A stretch of DNA of 64,000 nt, taken from assembly GCA_001642005.1 (NCBI GenBank), contig LWCA01000061.1:1-64000 (forward strand), in the 5' to 3' direction. Positions 36,501 to 51,500 of this stretch are shown here, one piece after another. Source of the stretch: Intoshia linei (lineage: Eukaryota > Animalia > Orthonectida). The first letter of the stretch is position 1; every line of letters starts with the position of its first letter. Both the position numbers and the translations under genes were made by a program. The notes under the pieces were generated by a model, which did no database searches, was not told the origin of the DNA, and was given only the letters and a program-made list of their open reading frames with translations.

Positions 36501-39500
36501 GCTCAAATTGTTCAATGATTGCTACAGGTCTAATATTCATATTTTTTATGATAGTAGAAATTAAATGAATTCTAGTGCTCATATTTTCGTTCATATTTTT
36601 TTTTAGTACTTCATTTGAAATGACAGAGTTTATCTAAACATTATACAATTTAAAAATATAGTATAAAATATAATATATGAAGTTCAAACATTTTATTATA
36701 ATTATTAAAAAAATAAATAAAATCAATTCAACTCTTCAACAAATATTCAAATTCGAATAGTAGACTTGCAAATACAAGAAAAATTAAAAATAATATTTAA
36801 CCATCAATTTTAATTTCACACAACATCTAAGATCTTTTAATCATTATTCATGATATATAAAATTACTTTCGAAAAGAATAATCAATTTACCCTTTTTTTT
36901 AAAACTGCCTCACCGCTGCATGATCCTAAATATTTCTTACATTCTGCTCGACATGAAACCTAAATACATGTATCAATAAATGTATATATAATAAAAAGGA
37001 TATAATAATATTTACTGTTAATTTAATTTAATTAATATCTTAGTATGATAGTTAGCGGTGTCAACTGTCATAAATTACGACAATAATTAATAGAACAAAA
37101 CATTCGAAAGCTGTCTAAAGTAATTGTAATGATCTATAACAACAAATATCATGTATCGTTATCCAACAACTAGAATTAATATCTTGTTAACATTAACGAT
37201 CTAACTTAATATCTTTACAACAAACTTAACATATTAATTATTAGTAATAATTATTAGCCATTTGAATAGAAAAATTTGAGGAATTTTATTTACTCCTAAA
37301 TATGAATACAAAAACAGATGAACACATCAAAGTGACATTAGTTAAACATTTGATAGATATAAAAGCAGAAGATCTGATAAAAATAACTGGTGTAAAAGAC
37401 AATTATACGTCTATAAAATAATTGTCTTTAAAATGAAAAAAAATCCTCTCTTGGAACGTATCAAGTTAAGGCGAACTTATCGAAATGATAACGAAACATT
37501 ATTTGACTTTATATGCAGACTTAGAAATAAGAAAAAATGATAGCCACTGGTCTAGATTTAATCGATCAATACAGTAAAGAAAAATTACTTATTATTTAGA
37601 GAATATATTTACCTCGACTAAATTGATGTGTAGACTAAAACAATTATGCTACAACGCTACTGTACGATTACGATTATGTACGATTAGAGAAAACAGAATA
37701 GTAAGTTAATATACATTAATATTAAGAAAACAGAAGTGTAAACGTAAATACTCTGAACATGATATGAAGTCTGATATGGGTATCGGTGTGATATTAAGAC
37801 AAAAAGACAGTGATAGCCTATGCAAGTAAAAAATTGACTGATAGCCAACACCGTTACAGTGTGATGCAGAAAGAATTATATGCCATATTCTGGGCGGTTA
37901 TGAAATATAAGTAGTATTTATTTGTAAAACAATTTACAATAATAACAGACCATAATCATCCACTCGTTAATATCAGGTTGTCAAAAAATATAAAAAATTG
38001 CGTATTCGGATGGTTGCAAGTATTAGCAGAATTTAAATTTGTTATACAGTACAGACCGGGAAAAGAAAATGTAGCAGATGATGCCCTATCACGACTACCC
38101 ACAGTAAAACAATTAATCCTTCAAAGCGATATGTTTAATGTAAAAAATGCCAAGCAGAAGATCCAGCATACATTGAATTATTCAATTGCCTTACAAAAAA
38201 CACAAAATTATCAAAAATAAATCCATATTTTAAATATCAGCGAAATATTTCTGTAGAAGAAAAAGTACTCAAATTTGAGCGTGGGCTACTAGGTAAATTA
38301 CCTTTAATTCCTGAAACACTGATTAATTTAATCATTAAATTTTATCATGAATCACCTTTATATGCACACCCAGGTGCAACTAAACTCAGTAAAATTATTC
38401 ATAAACTCTATTTTTTCCCAAAATTATACAAAAAAATATCAGAATTTATAAAAAATTGCTCTTTATGCCAGACATCCAAATATTAAAACCACAGAAAAAA
38501 ATTACCCTTAAATCCCGTTGTTTGTTCTAAGTTTAACGAATTCTATCAAATTGATATAATGGGTCCCTTGTCTATAAGTACTCACGGTAATAAATATATT
38601 ATTTCGATGATAGATCATTTTACTGCGTGGCCAGAAATGGTTGCAGTTTCTAATATTTCTGCTTAAACAGTTTGCAATGCTATATGGCAACAAATTATTT
38701 CACGCTACGGACCACCTACAAAAATCCCAACTGACCAAGGTACTCAATTTACCGGATCACTAATGGAACAGTTATCTAGTATATTTAACATTTTACACAT
38801 TCTGTAAACCTTATGTACATCAACAAATAGGTTCCGTAGAAAGACTCCACAGAACGTGTAGAAAAAAACTAAGGATCCTATGTCAAGATAAAGTAGATAA
38901 ATCGGATATACATCTCGATTCTGTATTGGCTAGCCTACGCTTTACACCCGCATCTAAATCAGGTGTATCTCCACTTAATTTTGGTTTACGGCATTAATGC
39001 CAGCATTAGGACATTCTCAAACCCGTTTAAAGGAGTTAACAGCTAATGCAAAAATTCATATAAAAAGTATATTAAGCGTATGAAAAGTTATCACGACAAC
39101 TCTATCAATCGAAATTATTCTCATGATTTACTATATGAACCCAATGTTCCAATTTTATCAAAAGATAATCCATATAGACAAAATTGTAAGGAAAAAAGGA
39201 AGTGTAGTTCGATCACCTCATTATTTAGTTCCATTTATTCAGCGAAATCAACATGAATCAGTGATTAAAAGTATGATCGAGCAAAATATAATAGAACCTA
39301 GTCAAAGTTCTTATCGTTCGAGCTGTTTCTTTGTCAATAAAAAGGATGGACATAAACGTTTAGTGCAAGATTATCGTAAACTTAATGATGCCACGATTCG
39401 TGATACATACCCACCACCTTCATTACGAAATTGTATAGATTTCCTTGCGGGTAACACTATCTTCTCAACATTGGACCTTACTAGTGGGTTTTATCAAATT

Positions 39501-42500
39501 CCATTACGTAAGGTCGATCGACCAAAAACGGCTTTTAGTTCAACATATGGGGCAAAGTTATACCAATTTGTTGTCATGCCTCAGGGTTTAGTAAATGCGC
39601 CAGTGTCTTGCCAACGTATAATGAACAGAGTTTTTTGTGGTATTTCCAATATTATATTGTATATGGACGATATCTGCAGCACAAAATGTATTTGAATTGA
39701 TAAAAACAAAAATTACTACTGCACCTATAATGTCACTTCCAATAGTTAATAAACCGTTCGTGTGAGAATGTGATGCGTCAGCATCTGGTATTGGAGCGGT
39801 ATTACTACAAGATAGACATCCTATTGAATATTTAAGCAAAAAATTTACAGATACCAAAATGAGATAATGTACAATTAATATGGAATTCTACGCAATGGTA
39901 TATAGTGTTGTCAAGTTTAAGCACTATTTATTAGGAATGCATTTTACTATAATTACGGATGATAATCCACTCGTTCATTTACGTGCCTCTAAAAATATTA
40001 CTGACAAACAATTTCGCATGATGTCTAAATTGGAGGAACTTGATTATAATATTATTTATAGGCCAGGTCGATTAAATTTTACGGCCGATTTTTTGTCGAG
40101 AAATTAAAAAATTAACCAAATTTCCTTTCACGATTTCTCAAATTCATTACATCAATCTCAGGATGATGATATTCAACACATAATAAACAAAGGCGTTAAT
40201 GATATTCCTCAATCAATTATTGTTAGTGAAAATATTTGTCATAAATAAATTCTTTTGTTGTGCAGCAGCTGTCACATTTTCATTGCATCGTAAAATATTT
40301 ATAGCTAATAAATTAGTCTTAGTACGAGAAAAAATGGTTAAAATCATCACCTCTGGTAGTTCTCGTTATATTTTTTACTGGGTAGTTCTAATATTAATAC
40401 TTTCTATCAAAACATTACAAGTATAGTAAAAAATACATAACACAACAGTAATGATAATTGCATTTTATTAACAGTAAGTTGTCAATATTCAACTAAAAAT
40501 CAGTCTTATAATTAACTACATTCTGCAGAGCTAGCTGATCTTTGTACAAAGTACATCACAGTCAAATTAGTGTATGTATAAAAACCTCTTCAGTAGAATT
40601 GTGATATAAATACGGAACCGAATCCGAAGTAGTCATATCCACTGAAATATGCTTGCTGACAATTGATCCATATGATCTAATAAATAAAATTATATTTTAA
40701 ATTTAAAAAATGTACGTGGCAGCAAGTTTTATTTGATTCAAATTTTCTTCTAAATCTTCATAATAATCATAATTTTCATTTTCAATTATTCTTAAGTATA
40801 ATTTTTTCATTTCATTGATAATATTTTTGTAACAATCGCGGCTGATAGAATAAGAAAATATCTCGCTTGAATCGCTTGAATCTGATTGTATTTTTTCTTC
40901 AAAATGTATAGATAATTTTTTACAATTTGGTAATTTTGATAGAATTAATTTAATTTTTTCTTCTCGGGATACTATAAAGATAATTAATAAATAATGACAA
41001 AACCAACAAATAACTAATTTCGTACAATACTGGTCTAAAAATTGCAAGTTTCAAATATTTACATTTAACAATCATTAAAAAAAATCACTTAACTCATTCC
41101 GGAATCCGGATAAACCATTAAGATTTAAGGAAAACTAACATTTTAGCATTCCACTGAGAAAAATAAAATGTCAAAAATTTGCGATTAGTTAGGGCTACCA
41201 TATTATAGTAGTACTAGCTTAGCTGGTTTGTACTTTGTACAAACAGCACCTAGCTCTGCCGAAAGCGAATATATCTAATGTTAGTATTAAAAATTAAATC
41301 TATTATGGTTCAAATCACTTTTATGAACCAATTAAAGTAAGGCTACAAAAATGTATTATCGTAGATCATAACTTCATATAATTCTACTGAAAATTTTCCT
41401 AAATGTATATCAGAATGAATACATTATGATGATTAATCAGGTTTGCCAACTGCGCTATTTTCCCCCTAACAGTTCGAGTTTTCAAATTCAACTTAGGGAT
41501 CAGGGTTAAGTAATATTTCACAGGGTAATTTAATTATTTCAATAAAAATCATCAGATCAGACATTTTATTTATATTCGATAATTTTTTTCTCTATGGTAA
41601 AAGACTCTTAGTGTTGGCAGTTAATTTTATTTTATTACTTAGAGACACCCATATTTTGTTTTTTTTCTCAAAAGTATTCATCATAAAGTCATTTTGAAAT
41701 GTGCTATATGTTATGAAAAATTTAAAGTATTCATTTTAAAATTTGCAATAAAAATTGTGTGTAAACTGTTATTTTTTGAAAAAGAGAGGATCCAAAAAAA
41801 ATTTATTTATTTATAAAAAATTTCAGAATTAAATTTAAAGGTTCAAAATGAACAACCAAACATGACGACCAACACAAGACCACTCAAAACATAACTACAG
41901 GATCTCATCGTAACATTCGAGTAAATAAAGTTATATTTTAGTTTTGTAGAACATTTTTGTATGAAATTTTTAAAATGGCAAGCTCTTCCACTAAAAATTT
42001 CCGAAAATTTTTCTTCTTTTCACGATTATCATAAAACTATCACACGCAACTTTATCAGTATTTGGACCTAATTTATAAAATTTTGATACACTCCTAATAT
42101 ACATGTATTATTTTCATGATCCATCAAATTTAAAAAATAATCTCAAATTTCATTTACATATTTCTTAAGATATCAAAAAAACAATTATTAATTGCTTTTA
42201 TTATTGTATTCCGTATCAACTCTATTGTTAAAAAAATTTTGTAAATTAAAAAAATATCGATTGTCTTTGTAACATATCACAACTAGGGTCACAATTAACA
42301 AAAAGTTAATCACATTTTAACCGTTTTATGGCACATTCTTAAATGTATTACAGACGATAACCATATAAACTAAATTAAATTTAAAATTATTTAAATTTTT
42401 ATTTTTATCATGTAAAATGTACATGTAATTTAGTGTAAATTTACACTAATTTTAACTTATATTTTATTTATTATGTATGTATTTTTATTTATTATTATTT

Positions 42501-45500
42501 ACTAAAATTTAATTTAATTTTTGTTAGTTGAAAGTACAATTTCAAAAAATTTCAATGAAAATTTATCAGAAAAACAATAATTTTGAAATTTATTATCAAT
42601 CTGCAAAATCTGCCCAAGAATGTGCCATAAGATAGTCAAAAAACGGTGGCCCTCATCACAACTCATGTGTATATTAAAATGAACCATTATTTATTCATTC
42701 TAATTCTATTACTTAGCAACACGAGTAAAAAATTCATTATCAATCACTGCAGAATATAAATCTTATTGTAATTTTCTGCATTAAAACATTAATCTACGAT
42801 TCTTGTAACGTACAAATACTACAGTCTTTATGGGGCGATAATTTTATTTATGTTGAAAAATAGGCAATTCTCCAAAAAACGTTAAGAACCACTGATATCA
42901 TGATCTTATTGAGACGTCTATTCTTCATACTTTTTTCTGGTAAATGTTACTTTTCTTTTTGGCATTTTCAAACAATGAGTTATTGTTTTATTTATTTTAT
43001 TTTATAAATACGCTGCTGTAGTGTTAAAATTTAAGTAAAGTTTATAAAAAAATGTTATGAAAATGAAAATTTGAAATTTAAAAATTGCTAAGAAATGAAT
43101 TATATAGATTTTCACCCATATGTCTTCTTTGAAAATGTGTAGACGTACAATACACATTTTTTTTAAAATTGTAGGATCAATATTTACATTTTCAATTTTT
43201 AATTTTAATGGAAATATTTAAAAAATATTGGTTGATAATATATTAAAAATTATTTTTCACCATGAATGCGTAGATTTCTGAGGTTGAAATTTTGTATTTA
43301 TATCAACTGGAATAAGCTCTACAGAAAAATCTCTTTTTAAATTTTTTGGACCGTTAATTATTTCATATTTTTTGTTTTAATAAAATATTTCGGAAAAAAA
43401 TATATATGAATATTAAAATGCTTTTTTGACCGTGAAGTCGTCACTTATTCGGATTGACATAAATACTAAAACGATTTTTTGACCGTGAATTCGTCACTTA
43501 TTCGGATTAAATTTTTTTATTTGTGTTCACATGATACAACTCTACCACCTGTAAATTTTTGATGAAAAAAATAGCACTATCAACGCAACTTATTGACTTA
43601 AAAACTACTTTCTAGCGTTTATAATTTCGTGCAAAATTACATGCTTACAATTATATAAAGTCAATAAAATTAGCATTATCATCGAATTTTTAGTGCTATA
43701 AAATGTCGACTCTAGTGATGATATATATTCAGTATCACTTTAATAAAGGCAGTCTATTTATTAGCCATCAAATAAAATGCGCTAACATCAAATAAAGTGA
43801 CATAACATCAAATTGTAAATTCTATCATCAAATAAATACGATAGCAGTCAAAAGAAAGTAATTAGACAATACTAATTACTATATTAGTAGGTTAGTTAGT
43901 ACTATACTATATTATCTATACTACTATACTATATACTATCTTTCATTTAATTTGAAGGCAATTTATTACGTCTAGCAACAATACATATATTTGTGCTCAA
44001 ATTAAATGTTATACCATCAGTAAAGTTAATTTATCAAATAATAACATTTAAAGTCAAATTAATTTTATTCAACATCTAAATTTCATTCAGCAAGATTAAT
44101 TTTAATTAACAAAGATTAAAAATTAATATTCATTAATAAATTTGAACAATATCAAAGGAAAATGGTCCGCTTCACTGAACATAAAATTTTATTGCTCATT
44201 GTTGAGTCATATAATTTGAAATTGAAATATTGGAAACAAATGAAAATATATTTGATGGATATATGAAAAAATGTTCCAAGAATATGAAGTATGTTATAAA
44301 AATCAGGAATAGAAGCTATCAACGTGTACTTGTCGATTCTTTTTAAAAAATTTTAAATGTAAACACTTAATATTGGTAGCAATGCATTTAAATTTATTGA
44401 AAAATGATGATTTATTGGTTGAATCAAAATCAATTTTTGTCGGAGAGAAAAATGAGAGGACGCCCAAAGGAGTCACAATAGCTTTAATTGTAGATTAAAT
44501 AAACATTAATCAGTAGTAAATTTACTGTTTTCCTCATCTTATTTATATATAATTTGATACTACACATGCGATTTAATTTGATATTTATTGTAATTATTTG
44601 ACTGTTCAATCAACTATTTTAATTTAAATTCAATTTTATATTCTTAAAAATATCTTTATTTTGACTTGATGTGTGTTAACATGATACAACTCTACCACCT
44701 GTAAATTTTTTGAAGTTCTAGGGCTGTTTTAAAAAAAAAGGAATGGAATTTGGGGTTTTGGCCATGAAGATAAAATTTTTTTAAATTTAAATTTATGATA
44801 ATGTTTATGATTTTAAAATCCGCATCAGCGTATATATTTTTTTAAATTCTCGAACTCGTTTGATTTTCAAAAAAAAGACAATTGGGATATATATTTTTTT
44901 AAATTCTCCAACTCGTTTGATTTTCAAAAAGAGGGACAATTTTTTAAATGCTCCAATTCGTTTAATTTTCAAAAAGAGGGACAACAGGGGTTTTTGACTC
45001 TTAAAATGTGAAATTGGGAGGTTGAAATATATTAATATACGTCCCGAAAAAAACTGTAATTGAAATGTGGTCTTAAAAAAATTCTAAGACGGGTAGTTAT
45101 TTAAATGAAGTTGAACACACAGACACACAAACAAAAATCGCATAGCCTTTTATATAAGTTAGGATTATAATTTACATTTATTATCATCTTTTATTACGTC
45201 CTGCTTGCAAACTATTTGTTCAATTGAAATATTTTCAAAAAACCATAAATCCTAGACAAAATTGTTAATATAAAAGATAAATTAAATTACACGGTCACCT
45301 TCCACAAATTCTGTAAGTAAATCTCCATTATATTGACTTGGTAAAGGTAGTGTATACATATTTGAATCCAAAAACCTTTCTTCTTGAAGCCAATAGCAAA
45401 AACTTTGAGAATAACTAAAAATATTATGAACAAAAACATTGAATTTAAACTTAAACTTTCTATACAAAAACAAAAATACCTAATTTTTCGGTTATAAAGT

Positions 45501-48500
45501 GTGATTGAATTTTCTAAACTTTTATTGTCTTTTTGAAAAGAAATTTCTAAAAAAGAATTAAAATTGAAAAAATGAAATAATTAGTAATTATCTCAAAATG
45601 TTACCTTTATTATATTTATCAAAAAGATCCAGTTTGTGTTTTTTAACCAAATTTGTATAATATATATTCAGTTCTTCTGCCATCAAATTCAAATCATTAA
45701 ATACGCTCTTTCCTTTTTTTAATTTTAAATACTTTCGAATTATCTGAGGATCAAAATTGGTTCTAATAAATATTTATAATTATTAGAGTTAAGAGTAGTG
45801 CAGTGCTTTCCAACCGGTGTGTCTTGACACTTTTGTGTGTCGCCAAACAATTTTATTTAATTTTTTTAAATTCCATTAGCAGACAATACAATTGTAAGAC
45901 TTAAAAATGCAAATCAAAGATATTTTTAGTGATAATGATAAATTTTACATAGCTTATTTTCAGATTATTATTAGAAAAAAATTAGTTCAACTATATTTAT
46001 CAATCAATCGTATATTTTTTTGATTGGTGTGTCGGGAAATTTTTTGAGATTAAAATATGTGTCGCTAACCAAAAATGGTTGGAAAGCATTGGAGTAGTGT
46101 TTCAGAATTAAAAATTCTTTGACAAAGTCATTAACCAGGATGGAATAAAACAGACCCGGATAAAATTAAGGCAATAATTAAATAGAACACCATACAGTAT
46201 GCTAACTTAATACAATAACACAGTAAATAACGTGTTGTAAATTAAACTTAAGGATAGTTAAATTGTAATCAGTTTTTCATTAAGTTATACTATTTAACTA
46301 AAGTGCCCAGAAACATTTAGAGACAAAACTTTAGAAGTAAAATAAATGACAGATACCGCTTTTCACATATGCACTCCATTATCAAATTGTCTTCCAGTAT
46401 TATGTTTTGTGGTGCCGTAATGGTGAAACGGAAGAAGGTCCCAGTCAAATTAATTTGGATGAATTGTGGATAATTATTAAGGTTTACATGTAATCGTTAA
46501 ATTTTAAGTATAGGTAATTATTAAAATCTCACATAAGATATTTTGATGTCTAAGGGTTAATGCATATTTGTGTTTCATCTGATAACAATGGTGACAATCT
46601 TTTTTTCCGCTAACACCGCTAACTTTTTTTTTCAATAATTTTATTAAAAATTAAAAAAATTCATTCATTAATACATAAAAACATTTTTAATATGTATTGT
46701 TAATAATATATAAACATACATTTTTAACGTTTACCCTTGCCAGAGCTAGCTACTCGTTATACAACGTGAAAAATAGACAAGCTAGTAATATTAAAACAAA
46801 CTAATATAATATTATCGATCACTCAAACATTCTATATTGAGGTAATGTAATAAAAGCTTAATAAAAATAAAATGTAGTAATAAAACATGAACATACCTAT
46901 TATTAACCACCCTTTGAAATCGTTTAAGATAAATTGAAAAAAACCGATTCCAAGCATTCATAGTAATAATAGAATCAACACTAAGTCTTTTAATGAATTC
47001 AACCCACAACAAAATGGATGTTGACGTTTTGGAAGGAATTCTACATTCATTTTTGAAATTCTAATTACATTAATACATTAAATACGAATAAAAATATGCC
47101 ATTTACTTGTACAGATTCAAGAAAGTTGGAATCAGAAACATCATAATCAACGTATTTGATTTTTTTCCATAATTCATTTTTTTCTTCATACATTTGAAGG
47201 CAGTAGATGAAATAAAATGATATATAATATGCATTTTTAAATTGATTGTTATATATTGTGCTTTGTACTGGCCATTTACTTGATATCCAAATATCTTTAA
47301 ATGTTTTGTTTTCATCTTCATCTATATTCTTTTCTCCAGATTCTATTTTATAATATTTATCCAATATATCCTAAATTTTTTTTCAATTTAATATTATTTT
47401 AATTGAACTTCATAAATTTTTATTAAAAAATCTAATAGTTTTTTTTGGTAATTTGAGTTGTCACTACATTTTTTGAAAAGAGCATTTAGAATATTGACAT
47501 TGTTTCTAAATTTTAATAAAATCATTAAAGTGTAGATTACAGCATAATAGAAATCCATAGATTAGTGCGATTTAGTAAATTGGTAAGGTAGGTTATGCAT
47601 TATGAAATATTATAATTATCGATTATATTGAAATTGGTTGTTTATAAGCTTATTTATTTTGAGAATTGGATAAAGCATACTATGTTATTATGATTTTTAA
47701 ATAAATAGTACCAATAGATTGACTTTAGTTAATCAAGATGACACAATTTTTACTGCCTTACGAAATATCACAAATTCTTAGCTAATAGATAATGGCCTAA
47801 ATTACCAGCACGTTGGAATCTCGTTATATTTATAACTGGTTGTTCTACGGTTAACGATTCGCAACTTGGTATGGATTCTAGTTTCACTTATTAGCTAATT
47901 TCTTAAGTGAAAGTAACGGCACTAATCATTGCATAATAGTTATCTACATCAATTAACCATTTCGCTATCTACATTCTATGTTATGCCAGTATAATAATGA
48001 AAAACGTTATTCTTTTATGCTATATGCTCCTATATTTTCAATGTGAATCACATTTATAATTTCAAATTATACAAATTTGAATTAAAATAAATTTCAGACT
48101 GCGAAAGGGTTCATAAAAGCTAATTACTTTGATTCAAACCACATTTGCCAGGATATGATACTTTCGATAATGAGAAAAATTTCATCAATATTGTGCATTT
48201 GCTCCTATATTGATAATTATTTTTATTAGCCTGTGCCCTTACACAAATAAAAAAAATTATAAATGTAAAAAATATTAAAATTTCTATTCACGAACATTAT
48301 TTGGAGATTCTAAATTCCTAACTCAAAAAAATAGCGAACATTTTAAAAACAATTTTTAATGCTAATATTCTATAAAAATATATAATGTAGTAGCCATCAT
48401 GCTAATTAATGCTTGATAGTTGTTTATTTATTATTTTTATTTTGTATATTGTCATGGAAACTTTAGTTAATTGCATTCATTATTATATAATTATAATTAC

Positions 48501-51500
48501 CATTAAATTTCACTACAGTTGCTATGTTTTATGTCAGCGTTAATACAATTTTTAAACACGATAAATAACGTGTACCAGTTAACTGATAATATATAATTAA
48601 TTCAAATTTTTTGTAACTATAGATTTTCAAATTTAATTTAACTTTAAATTTATTTTATTTGATTTTTTTCAAATATAATTTGATCTTTCGTATTTATTAA
48701 CTATCTGATCCTTTTACATTGCATATACAGTGCAATACAAATAAAAAACAAATAAAGTTGGAACCGGTCAATGATCTTAATTTTATATTACACAACATTA
48801 AGGTCGTTACGGAGATACATACGACATATTTTGTGTAATTTAGTTTTAATCATTTTTCTTAAAGGGTTAGAGTTCATAAAAACAAACATTTGTTTTACAA
48901 CGCTTATTTTATGACTTTTTCATGTACATTTGAACTAAATTTTAAGTCGAAAGTTTGTGTCATAATAGATAAATAGTTTTGGCTTAAAATTAACACCAAA
49001 TAAACTAAAATGGATATTTTTAAACATATTTTTATAATCACTTTAATTAAAATAAACATCGACGTTTTCGCTTTCAGTGGAGCTAGATACGAAGTACAAA
49101 GCAGATACGCTAGCATATAAGAGTATTCAAAATAATAATAATAATAATAAATTAATTTTTTTAAATACCACAAGGTAAACATTGTCTAATTTTTCGCATT
49201 GCAAATCATTAATTTCAATTTCGCCAATATATGTCATAATTGTGTGCTTGAATCTATAAATTAAGTTAATAATTAAACTGTGATACTTTTCTCTAATTTT
49301 GCCATCCGGGTCTTTAGAACTCAATACCCTTGGTATTATCAATCTTATTAAATCATTTGTACAATTTTTAAAATAATAACGATATGAAACATTTTCAGAT
49401 TGTACTATGATATCGACATGTTTGAGAATTTTCAATATATGCAATCTAAACATAAATAATATCTATAAAATTATATCATGACTTTATTGTAAAATTTGAT
49501 GTGGAAGAAAATAGTCAAACACCAAATCAAAAATTTGCATAGTTGATATTAATACCAATCATTCAGTATAAGTCTATTATGCTATTTAAACGGACAACGA
49601 ATACGAACTCTTAAAACAGAATTAGAAATACTTCTTAATATGTTGGTATATGTCGCGGACAACACAAAGTTTATGTATATTATAGTCTATGCTTCTTAAA
49701 AAAACATAATTATCCATCAGTACATCCATTGAATCTTGCTCTAACAAACGAAGTGGCCGAACGTGGAATACACAGAGTCCAATACCTTCGTGAAATGGCG
49801 TCAGTCAAGTATATTGATAATGAATTATTAAATGACAGTGTTAATCATCTTAAAAATTATATTACATTTAATAATTACTACTCAAAATAAAGTTACATTC
49901 AAATTAAAAGGGTAGTTTTAAATCGCTGAGTAGTCCGATGTTTTTGCAATAATATAAAAAACTAAAATAATAGAGGTTAGTTTTAACTGATTTATCACGT
50001 TGAACGACCCTGGATTTTTTGTTTTAGAAAAATGTTAACACCTTAATGCTCCATTTTCTGCTGACAAAAGTGCAAATTTACTAAAACTGCACTAAAAACT
50101 TACCAAATATTTAGTACTTTTGGAGTGGTTGCTCTAATCCTTACCTATATAAAGTAATATCGCTAAAAATGTATGTCTCTTTATTTATTTGTCCGTTTCA
50201 ATTTACTTAACCCTTAAACACCTTGATTTTTTTTACATGAAATTTTACAAAAGCTAATAATCAAAAAATCTAACCTTCAAAAATTTACATAATTGAAGTA
50301 AAAATAAACTAGCTTCAGAATAAGCAATACAAATAAACACGCCTCTATCAAAAAGTGTGGTTCTATAACAAAAAATATTCAAATGGAATGTTGACAGTTT
50401 AATATTTAAAAAAAGTAATTAAATTTACTAGACAAAATAGCATGTCATCAATTTAAATTATTTCATGCGTATCAAAAAAATAATAGATAGGCGTGTTTAT
50501 AGTCTAATCATTATAGACTACACATTAGACTCTAATGCATAAAATATAAATCTCATTTTGTACTTACATTTTCTATATTTTGTTACTTTTAGTTTATACT
50601 GTACTTACTTTATACTATATATTACTTTATATGTTACTTTTAACCCTTACGAGACTATGCTGATTTTCAAAATTGAAAGCAAAAAATTTCACTTTTGCAA
50701 TGTTAAAAAACACTAAAATTTAAAGCTTAAAATTCACAAATTTCAAATGTCATTGATTTGTAAAGTGAACAACTTAAATTTGGCTAAGAATTATCAATAA
50801 AATATATTTAATTTATGACACACAACTACAATGACGTTGCGTCTATTGTATTTCGAATATAATTTATTTTATTGTTGACACAAAGTAAACATTGATAATA
50901 AAATTAATTTTTACGCATATTACATGTTATTGTATGAGCAGTAATTTGTTCAAAATTTATATTGGTACCGCCTTATTATGGTTTGTATACAAACCAATGT
51001 AAATTTATGACTGTAGTTTTTGGCATCTATACATGCAATTGTCTCGTAAGGGTTAAAACCTCACATATGAAATTATGGTGTCTAAGGGGTAAGAAAGTAA
51101 GAGGAGTCGAGATTTAAAAATTCCATATTTATAATACAGTTTTTCCAGAGTGAGGTTTTATGTCAAATTTCATTTTTAGAAATTGAGTCCTTCAATGTCA
51201 AAAACCTCAATTATCCTTTTTTTAATCATTGAACGAATCCTAGAATTATAAAAAATACACAATCAGTAGTTTGTGTTCAAAGCCGACCGAATGGTGTTTC
51301 GCATCGGGTAAGTGACTCCAATGTTGACATCTTGACAGGTGGGATGGTTTCAACCAGATTATCAGAACCCATTATGTATTTACGGTGAGGTTCGAATATG
51401 GTAGGCTCCGATCTGAACTTTTAGATAAAAAGTTTTTTCTAAAACTACCTTTGGATGATATTAAAATATTTTTTACATTTCATTTGATTTCTTCTCATAG

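Larger units (their letters stand above)
50138..51260 (+). mobile_element. Helitron subfamily B 5' portion interrupted by nested piggyBac-type MITEs
   Basis: A|TCCTTACCTATATAAAG; Helitron sequence resumes at ~51093 (aaagtaagaggagtcgag). Confidence 0.8.

Noticed and set aside
51380-51420. GGTTCGAAT as a tRNA T-loop / B-box
   Set aside because: No cloverleaf stems or convincing A-box
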